The translations under genes and the position numbers were made by a program. Under the pieces are notes generated by a model. The model was given only the letters and a program-made list of their open reading frames with translations, did no database searches and was not told the DNA's origin. Positions 57,109 through 64,000 of a DNA stretch of 64,000 nucleotides are shown piece by piece (positions within the stretch are counted from its first letter, which is position 1; every line of letters begins with the position of its first letter). This DNA comes from Gammaproteobacteria bacterium. Its GTDB lineage: Bacteria > Pseudomonadota > Gammaproteobacteria > UBA6429 > Thiohalophilaceae. The stretch lies in assembly GCA_024275115.1 (NCBI GenBank), contig JAJRZT010000065.1, positions 4,955 through 68,954 on the forward strand, given 5' to 3'.

Positions 57109-58119
57109 ATGCCCGTCATGCCAAAGCCCAGACAGCACCCAGCCACACTCGTTGACCCGAACGGTCGTCAAATTAAATACCTTCGTGTTTCGGTAACCGA
57201 CCGCTGTGACCTGCGTTGCAATTATTGCCTTCCTAAAGGTTTCAACGACTTTCAAGAGCCCTCAGACTGGTTAAGCTTTGACGAAACTACCCGCATTATT
57301 GCTGCTTTTGCCCGGCTTGGTGCCACTCAGGTGCGCCTCACCGGTGGCGAGCCACTTGTCCGGCATAACTTCTCAGAATTAGTGACCAAAATCACTTCCA
57401 TTCCCGAGCTCAGCGATCTGTCGCTAAGCACCAATGCCACTCGACTGGCCAAACAAGCCGTCAACTTAAAACGCGCGGGTATTGAACGCATTAATGTCAG
57501 CCTGGATAGTCTGGATGCCGATAAATTTAAACAAATTACTCAGGGTAAATTACAAAAAGTACTTGATGGCTTACAAGCGGCCAAGCAAGCAGGCATTAGC
57601 CCCATAAAAATCAATATGGTTGTAATGAAAGGCGTGAATGATGACGAAGTGCAAGACATGGTGAACTACTGCATTGAAAATGATTTTACCCTGCGTTTTA
57701 TTGAAACCATGCCAATGGGCAACACCGGGCGCGAAGCCACTAACCAGTACATGAGCTTACAACTTGTTCGCCAGCAACTTGAAAATCATTTTGAGCTTAT
57801 CCCCACGCAAATGAAAGGTGGCGGCCCGGCACGTTATTACCAAATAGCTAATACTCAAATCAATATTGGTTTTATTACCCCTATTTCGCAACATTTTTGT
57901 GAAACCTGTAACCGGGTTCGCTTAACAGTCGATGGAACTTTACACCTTTGTTTAGGTCAAGAACATAGTTACCCTTTGCGCGACTTACTGCGTAGTGGCA
58001 TCAGTGATGCAGAACTGGAACAACATATTATAAAAGCGATAGCTTTAAAACCGGAGAACCATGAATTTTCTGAGAACCCCACAAAACTTGTCCGTTTTAT
58101 GTCACAAACAGGCGGCTAG
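57109..58119 (+). CDS. moaA: GTP 3',8-cyclase MoaA
   Basis: CDLRCNYCLP radical SAM motif, GGEPLVR, and the C-terminal CETCNRVRLTVDGTLHLCLG cluster. Confidence 0.9.
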   Translation: MPVMPKPRQHPATLVDPNGRQIKYLRVSVTDRCDLRCNYCLPKGFNDFQEPSDWLSFDETTRIIAAFARLGATQVRLTGGEPLVRHNFSELVTKITSIPELSDLSLSTNATRLAKQAVNLKRAGIERINVSLDSLDADKFKQITQGKLQKVLDGLQAAKQAGISPIKINMVVMKGVNDDEVQDMVNYCIENDFTLRFIETMPMGNTGREATNQYMSLQLVRQQLENHFELIPTQMKGGGPARYYQIANTQINIGFITPISQHFCETCNRVRLTVDGTLHLCLGQEHSYPLRDLLRSGISDAELEQHIIKAIALKPENHEFSENPTKLVRFMSQTGG

Positions 58120-58618
58120 GCACACATTCAAAAATAATGCGCACAAGCTGCTATTGAGTTTATTTGCACTGTTTTTATTAATCCCCGTTAACAGCTATGC
58201 GGAAGCTGGAACAAACCTGGAAGATGTTCTTAAATTAAAGACCCCACCCCCAGGTGTTATCATTGAGATTGTTACTGACGATGAGAATAATCTGGACTGG
58301 GCTCTGCCACGTGCAGAAGAGTACATTCAACAACTACGTGAAAAATTCCCAGACCTCCCTCTTGCTATTGTCAGCCATGGCCCCGAACAATTTGCTTTAA
58401 CTGAAAAAAATCAGCACGAAAATAAAGAAATACACCAGCTGGTTAAGTCATTAGGCAAGGCTGATGTGCCGGTTCACATATGTGAAACCTTTGCCGGCTG
58501 GCGAGGTTTGGCCGCAGAAGATTTCCCTGACTACGTTAATGTCGCTGCTGCCGGCCCGGCGCAAGTAAATGACTATATTGCGATTGGTTATGAGTTGATT
58601 ATTATTGATGAAGAGTAA
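58061..58618 (+). CDS. Secreted hypothetical protein, possibly DsrE/DsrF-like fold
   Basis: Signal-like KLLLSLFALFLLIPVNSYA. ..VIIEIVTDDE.., ..LAIVSHGPEQFAL.. and ..VHICETFAGWRGL...VNVAAAGPAQVNDYIAIGYELI resemble the DsrE-like family pattern. The only ATG start overlaps moaA by 59 nt. Confidence 0.4.
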   Translation: MNFLRTPQNLSVLCHKQAARHTFKNNAHKLLLSLFALFLLIPVNSYAEAGTNLEDVLKLKTPPPGVIIEIVTDDENNLDWALPRAEEYIQQLREKFPDLPLAIVSHGPEQFALTEKNQHENKEIHQLVKSLGKADVPVHICETFAGWRGLAAEDFPDYVNVAAAGPAQVNDYIAIGYELIIIDEE

Positions 58619-58620
58619 TG

Positions 58621-60360
58621 CTACATAATCTGGTATACGGTTGCCATTTCACTGTTAAATGTTTTTACACAGTTGCGACCACGCTTTTTCGCTTCATACA
58701 TTGCAACATCAACCTTGTGTAAAACATTTCGAACATCCATATCTTCGGATAATATTTCACTATAAATGCCAATACTCACCGTTACCTGTAAGCACGTATT
58801 CCGCCAGTTAATCCGTAAATCTTCAATTGCCTGACGGATTTGATTTGCCCGCGACATCGCAACACGATGATCACAACACAACCTTAAGACAAACTCATCA
58901 CCAGCATAACGTGCAGCAACGTCACCCTTACGCATAAACTGTTCAAGCTTACGTGCAACGTGCGTCAATACTTCATCACCGGCTGCATGCCCGTAGTTAT
59001 CGTTAATCGTTTTAAAATTATCAATATCAAAAAGTAATATTGATAAATGCCCTGAATTATCCTCACGGTGTGACAGCGCATCGGATAAATCCATTTCAAA
59101 ATAACGACGGTTGGCTAACGAGGTTAAAAAATCACTTCTAACCGTTTCCTCTAATTTACTATTCGCAACCCGTAGCTTTTTAGTTGCATCATTAATTCTG
59201 TATTGAAGGTTGCGGTTAAGTTCTGCCACTTCACTTTTTGTATGCTGCAAACCTCGCACCAGTGATTTCATCGCAAAGCCTAATTGCTTCGCTTCGCGTG
59301 GTTCATAGTCCATGGGGTAATCAATGTCACCATCTAAATCATTATCCAGCAACTTCTGGCTTGCGGCAGCTAAACGGTTAATAGGCCGAGTGATCCAACC
59401 CGAAATAAGCACACCAATAATAATCGCAACAATTAAACCCAACCCTCCCCATAAATAATTGGAGTACATAAACTGGCTAACTTGCGCAGCCACTTCACTT
59501 TTTGGTTGTGGCACCATAATACCCCAGCCTGTACCAGGTACCGATGCATAGCCAGCAACCATGTCCTGCTTGATAAACGATGAATAAAATTCGGTTACGC
59601 CCTGCTTACCCGCCATCATGGCCTGCACCACAGGCCAGCTGCTCAGATCTTTCATTTCGACCATCCATTCCGGATTAGGATGCGCAATCACCCGCCCGTT
59701 TTGGTCAACAATCGCAGAATGCCCACGCTGGCCAAATTTTATTTGCTGGCGTATTTTTTCAATCAGGCTAACGCGTAATTCAGCTAATAAAACACCCATT
59801 AGTGAGCCTTGTGCAGTAAATACCGGCATACCCATAATAATGGTGGGCTTTAAATTAAACGGGCTGGGTTTTATACCTGAAATATATTGCTCATCCGTCT
59901 GACGTACAAACAAAAAACTACGTTCGGCTGTAAAAAGGTTCGCCGAAACAGACTTATTACCCATGGATACGTCATCGGCCACTTTATACGCCAACATTTT
60001 CCCCTCCGCATCCACATACGCTATCGATGCAAAGCCCTTTAGCTTATCAACCGTGGTATTCATAACCGCTGTGAGCTGCTCGGGGTTTTTAAGAACAGGC
60101 TTAATCGTTTCAGACAAAAGACTGAGAGAGGCAAAATGATCCTCAACATAAATTTGAACAGGAGAAGTCAGGTTTTCGGCAAGCAGCTGGTGTTTTTCGC
60201 GGATTTCGCGCCAGCCGTTATCCCAGGCCGTTTTATTCAGGTGTACCGCAAGCAGACTTATCGGTAATAGTGCAGTAATAACCATCACTAAAATAAGCAA
60301 ACGGTTCACTGGTTGAGACAAAATTCGCTGGAACAACATGATTAAACCCCATAAAATCAT
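58621..60360 (-). CDS. Diguanylate cyclase with a periplasmic Cache-like sensor and HAMP domain
   Basis: The C-terminal GGDEF domain has an AGDEF variant (RYAGDEF) and an RxxD I-site (RKGD) five residues upstream. It has two TMs and a HAMP-like segment. Confidence 0.85.
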   Translation of the reverse strand: MILWGLIMLFQRILSQPVNRLLILVMVITALLPISLLAVHLNKTAWDNGWREIREKHQLLAENLTSPVQIYVEDHFASLSLLSETIKPVLKNPEQLTAVMNTTVDKLKGFASIAYVDAEGKMLAYKVADDVSMGNKSVSANLFTAERSFLFVRQTDEQYISGIKPSPFNLKPTIIMGMPVFTAQGSLMGVLLAELRVSLIEKIRQQIKFGQRGHSAIVDQNGRVIAHPNPEWMVEMKDLSSWPVVQAMMAGKQGVTEFYSSFIKQDMVAGYASVPGTGWGIMVPQPKSEVAAQVSQFMYSNYLWGGLGLIVAIIIGVLISGWITRPINRLAAASQKLLDNDLDGDIDYPMDYEPREAKQLGFAMKSLVRGLQHTKSEVAELNRNLQYRINDATKKLRVANSKLEETVRSDFLTSLANRRYFEMDLSDALSHREDNSGHLSILLFDIDNFKTINDNYGHAAGDEVLTHVARKLEQFMRKGDVAARYAGDEFVLRLCCDHRVAMSRANQIRQAIEDLRINWRNTCLQVTVSIGIYSEILSEDMDVRNVLHKVDVAMYEAKKRGRNCVKTFNSEMATVYQIM

Positions 60361-60528
60361 CCACGAAATGTGATGCAGTTCACACTATACCGGCATTTTT
60401 GGTTATTAAATAGCCAACTTAGGCTTAGGTTATATAATTCAATCTCACTAAACAACATAACCAATTGATTTTAAACAAATTATCTAAAGAGGAAAAATCA
60501 CAAAAACCTGAATAAAGTAAGGTTAAAC

Positions 60529-61326
60529 TTACTTCAATAGCAGTATTACCGCAATAATGAGTAAACCCACAGCAAACACCCTTTGCAGAATCACCTCAGG
60601 CAAACGATGCGCGCAACGCGCACCGAGCGGTGCGAGCAAAACACTGAATAACCCCACAGCAACAAACGCCGGCAGATAAACAAAACCGATGCTGTACTCC
60701 GGCAGCAATAAATTTCCCGCCCCCGCCCACACAAAAAACAAGCTACCAGCAATAGCGATGGGCAAACCCAGCGCGGCCGATGTTGCTATCGCCTTTCGAA
60801 TCGGCAGACCGTTCCAACGGAAAAAGGGCACACTCAGGGTTCCACCGCCAATCCCAACCAGCGCAGAAACCATACTGATAAAAATTGCAACCCACGTTAA
60901 CCCAAAATTCCCGGGCAAGCGAGTGCTATGTACTTTAGTTTGTGCATTGCTTAAAAGTTTAAAAGCAACAAACATTTCAAACAGTGCGAAAGTCATCTTT
61001 AGCATGTCGGCCTTCAAGTTTTTTGCCAACAAAGCGCCCAGCAATGCACCAATAAAAATACCCGCCACCATCCGTTTAACCGTAGACCATTGCACCGCAC
61101 CATGCGCATGGTGTGTCCGTGCAGAAGAAATCGATGTTAATATAATGGTGGCCAGCGAAGTGCCAATCGCAAGGTGCATGCTAATGGCTGGGTCAAAACC
61201 CTGTAAGAAAAAACAATACATTAAGGCAGGCACAATAATCAACCCACCGCCAACACCAAACAGCCCCGCAAGAAAGCCTGCAGTTGTTCCGGTAACCACG
61301 TAGAGGAAAAGAATAGACAAACTCAA
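60529..61326 (-). CDS. TauE/SafE-family (DUF81) anion exporter
   Basis: 265 aa with 7-8 TMs and Gly-rich repeats (GLFGVGGGLIIVP / LVGIGGGTLSVP). Confidence 0.8.
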   Translation of the reverse strand: MSLSILFLYVVTGTTAGFLAGLFGVGGGLIIVPALMYCFFLQGFDPAISMHLAIGTSLATIILTSISSARTHHAHGAVQWSTVKRMVAGIFIGALLGALLAKNLKADMLKMTFALFEMFVAFKLLSNAQTKVHSTRLPGNFGLTWVAIFISMVSALVGIGGGTLSVPFFRWNGLPIRKAIATSAALGLPIAIAGSLFFVWAGAGNLLLPEYSIGFVYLPAFVAVGLFSVLLAPLGARCAHRLPEVILQRVFAVGLLIIAVILLLK

Positions 61327-61468
61327 AAGTTTTTACTCGATTTATACTAAATTATTTAGTTGAACCTACCTTATCCAGATTGTTTTAGTATTAACAAATT
61401 CTATATAATAGTATATAAGCAATGGACTACTGAAAGTTAATCTTTAGCCAAATAGTGATAAACAGAAA

Positions 61469-62698
61469 ATGAGCATAAAAATTTACGCCGTTGGCGGCTT
61501 TGTCCGTGATCAGTTACTTGGCATTACCAGTAAAGATAAAGACTGGGTAGTGGTGGGTGCAACAGCAGAACAAATGCTGGCACAGGGCTATAAAGCCGTA
61601 GGGAAAGATTTTCCGGTTTTTTTGCACCCGAAAACAAAACAGGAATATGCATTAGCGCGCACTGAGCGTAAAACAGCCGCAGGCTACACTGGCTTTAGCT
61701 TTAATGCCAATACCAATGTGACTCTTGAAGATGACTTAATGCGCAGAGACTTAACGGTTAATGCCATTGCTCAGGATGAACAAGGCAATATTATCGATCC
61801 CTACAATGGCCAGCAGGATATAAAAGATCGTATTCTGCGCCATGTTTCCCCCGCCTTTGTTGAAGACCCTTTACGCGTGCTGCGCGTTGCCCGTTTTGCC
61901 GCACGGTTTGCTTATCTGGGGTTCACGGTTGCAGAGGAAACACGCTTGCTGATGCAACAAATTGTTCAATCCGGCGAAATTGACTCGCTGGTTGCCGAGC
62001 GTGTATGGCAGGAACTGCACGCAACACTACAAACCCGCAACCCAGAAGTTTTTTTTGAATTATTACGAGAATGCGGCGCATTAAAGATATTACTACCGGA
62101 ACTGGACTGCCTGTTTGGTGTACCACAAACAAAAGAATATCACCCTGAAATTGACACTGGTATTCATACCTTAATGGTACTGGAGCAAGCCGTAAAATTA
62201 AGCACTGAACCTGATATTCGTTTTGCCGCACTGCTGCATGATCTTGGCAAAGGGCTGACACCAAAAAATGAATTACCAAAACATATCGGCCATGAGCACC
62301 GTGGTATTAAACCGGTTAAACAGGTATGCAATCGATTTAAAACACCGAAGTCTTTTCGTGAACTTGCACTGATTGTGACTGAATACCATTTAAACTATCA
62401 CCGCATTGAAGAATTAAAACCTAAAACGGTGGTTAAATATTTACAGCTGATGGATGCCTTTCGCCGCCCCGAGCGTTTTGAAAAATTTTTACTGGCCTGC
62501 GAAGCCGATTCACGTGGCCGCACTGGTTTAGAAAATAAAAAATTTAAACAACCCATAATATTTCGTGACTATTTTAAAGCAGCCAACGGGGTCGATTATT
62601 CAGAATTAAAAGAACAGGGCTTACAGGGAAAAGATTTTGCAGTAGCGTTAAACCTACTTAGAACAAAGGCTATCGCTAACATAAAGAATTTTAATTAA
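61469..62698 (+). CDS. cca: Multifunctional CCA-adding enzyme (tRNA nucleotidyltransferase with HD domain)
   Basis: YAVGGFVRDQLLG, DLTVNA, and the HD motif LLHDLGKG. Confidence 0.9.
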   Translation: MSIKIYAVGGFVRDQLLGITSKDKDWVVVGATAEQMLAQGYKAVGKDFPVFLHPKTKQEYALARTERKTAAGYTGFSFNANTNVTLEDDLMRRDLTVNAIAQDEQGNIIDPYNGQQDIKDRILRHVSPAFVEDPLRVLRVARFAARFAYLGFTVAEETRLLMQQIVQSGEIDSLVAERVWQELHATLQTRNPEVFFELLRECGALKILLPELDCLFGVPQTKEYHPEIDTGIHTLMVLEQAVKLSTEPDIRFAALLHDLGKGLTPKNELPKHIGHEHRGIKPVKQVCNRFKTPKSFRELALIVTEYHLNYHRIEELKPKTVVKYLQLMDAFRRPERFEKFLLACEADSRGRTGLENKKFKQPIIFRDYFKAANGVDYSELKEQGLQGKDFAVALNLLRTKAIANIKNFN

Positions 62699-62838
62699 TA
62701 CCCGTTTTGTATAAGTTTGATTTTTTATGTTATTACTGAGTAATATTGTCGTGCTTACTGCTCGCAATGACCTGGTTTTTTTCATTGCAAGCAGTCAGCA
62801 ATTTGTTTTCTTATATGAGACCGAGGTTAATCACATCG

Positions 62839-63636
62839 TTATAAAAAAATAACAAGCAGCACAATACCCAGTACAAAGCGATATATAACAAACGGCATCA
62901 TTCCTACCCGTTCTAAAAAGGCTAAAAACACATGGATGCAGGCATAAGCGATTATGCCGGATAAAAATACACCCAGGAATATCTCACTCCAGTTAACCAC
63001 ATGCCCATTCTGTATTAACTGCAAGGATTTATAACTGCCTGATGCTAAAATAGCCGGGATAGACAACAGGAAAGAAAAACGCGCTGCCGCAGTTCGGCTT
63101 AAGCCTAATAAAAGTGCGGCGGTCATGGTAATACCGGAGCGCGATGTACCGGGGATAAGTGCCAGTGCCTGTGCAAAGCCGATAATCAGAATGTCACGCC
63201 AGGATAAACTATGTTCATCACGTTGCCGCGAACCTTGAACATCGGCAAGCCATAGAAGCGCACCAAAACCAATCGTAGTATAAGCAATAACCATTGGCGA
63301 ACGTAAGGTACTGTCAATAATATCGCTAAACAACAAGCCTGCAATCATAACCGGAATGGTGCCAAAAATAACGGCCCAGGCTAGGCGACTTTCACCCACA
63401 CGCTTACGCTTGACACAGGACGCGCTCCAGTCAACCGCCATCGCCGTGACTTCTTTTTTAAAATACAGCATCACCGCAGAGAGTGTGCCGACATGAACGG
63501 CAATATCAAAAGCCAGCCCCTGATCCTGCCAGCCAGTGGCAATCGGCACCAAAATTAAATGCGCGGAACTTGAAATGGGTAAAAATTCGGTAAAGCCCTG
63601 TACTAAAGCTAAAGTAATAATTTGTATTAACGTCAT
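62839..63636 (-). CDS. uppP: Undecaprenyl-diphosphate phosphatase
   Basis: EFLPISSSAHLIL and PGTSRSG motifs. 265 aa and polytopic. Confidence 0.9.
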   Translation of the reverse strand: MTLIQIITLALVQGFTEFLPISSSAHLILVPIATGWQDQGLAFDIAVHVGTLSAVMLYFKKEVTAMAVDWSASCVKRKRVGESRLAWAVIFGTIPVMIAGLLFSDIIDSTLRSPMVIAYTTIGFGALLWLADVQGSRQRDEHSLSWRDILIIGFAQALALIPGTSRSGITMTAALLLGLSRTAAARFSFLLSIPAILASGSYKSLQLIQNGHVVNWSEIFLGVFLSGIIAYACIHVFLAFLERVGMMPFVIYRFVLGIVLLVIFL

Positions 63637-63662
63637 GCGGCTTCCTATGCAATAAACAATAA

Positions 63663-64000
63663 TTATAAATGATCGCGCATGTCTTTAAAATGAAAAGCGG
63701 CCAGCTCAGCCTGGCAGTTTTTACTAAAACCGATTACTTTTACAAGTTCTCCCATCTCATAGGGCATGGTAAGTTTTTTTACCTGATTAGCCAGTTCCAT
63801 TTGTGCGGCAATATTATTTTGTTCAATGTATTCACTCGCAGCTAGTTCAGTTAATGCCGCAAGACCGGCTCCTAACAAAAAGTTTGACTGACACGTATAA
63901 CCGGCCACGCTCAGTCCATTGTCTATCGCACAGTCGGCCAGTGCAGTAAAATCAATGTGTGCGGTTAAATCCTGTAAGCCGGGATAACTAAAAGGATTGC
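63663..64000 (-). CDS. MidA/NDUFAF7-like (DUF185) SAM-dependent methyltransferase, C-terminal part. The 5' end runs off the window.
   Basis: The reading frame stays open to the window edge: ..NPFSYPGLQDLTAHIDFTALADCAIDNGLSVAGYTCQSNFLLGAG...MGELVKVIGFSK. The 81-aa track ORF is only its tail. Confidence 0.55.
   Translation of the reverse strand, partial: NPFSYPGLQDLTAHIDFTALADCAIDNGLSVAGYTCQSNFLLGAGLAALTELAASEYIEQNNIAAQMELANQVKKLTMPYEMGELVKVIGFSKNCQAELAAFHFKDMRDHL

Noticed and set aside
60689-61303. 204-aa plus-strand ORF opposite the TauE/SafE gene
   Set aside because: The minus-strand product is a coherent polytopic membrane protein with duplicated Gly-rich motifs. The plus-strand translation is Pro/Ala/Lys-rich with no features.

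Overview
The window reads as a 64-kb chromosomal segment of a sulfur-oxidising, probably gammaproteobacterial, chemolithotroph. All calls come from reading the sequence and the ORF translations. No database search was possible, so family names rest on motifs I recognise from memory.

Two parts differ modestly in composition.

(A) 1-14.1 kb, the more GC-rich part, is the most unusual region. A cytochrome-bd-like (CydA-like) gene preceded by two tiny membrane peptides is transcribed divergently from an almost gap-free 12.7-kb gene string. That string encodes:
- an 801-aa HEAT-repeat protein
- a frameshifted periplasmic cupredoxin-like protein
- a 52-aa TM peptide
- a tandem-USP protein carrying five BchB/ChlB C-terminal type (PCP_red-like) modules
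- a NirJ/AhbD-like radical SAM/SPASM enzyme carrying a sixth such module
- a HemY-like FAD oxidase
- a small membrane protein
- a Cache/PAS histidine kinase and an NtrC-type sigma-54 activator

The shared intergenic region holds two divergent -24/-12 sigma-54-type promoters around a compound palindrome. I propose this as a candidate uncharacterised tetrapyrrole-handling system.

(B) 14.4-64 kb is housekeeping and energy metabolism:
- sulfur oxidation: sat, QmoAB-HdrCB, SoeABC-like sulfite dehydrogenase, a TauE/SafE exporter and a DsrE-like protein
- oxidative stress: OxyR with a peroxiredoxin-glutaredoxin hybrid, a rubrerythrin/HdrD-like/DUF3501 module and a truncated globin
- metal efflux: CzcC-CzcA-DUF3240 with no adaptor gene
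- cytochrome c: complete ccmABCDEFGHI, c4-type cytochromes and a cytochrome c-DUF302 fusion
- other: an ECF sigma/anti-sigma pair, moaA, a diguanylate cyclase, cca, uppP and a truncated MidA-like methyltransferase

I recognised no rRNA, tRNA, CRISPR array, transposase or integrase. Two apparent single-nucleotide frameshifts (cupredoxin-like gene, hdrB 5' end) and several short tandem repeats and palindromes are reported.
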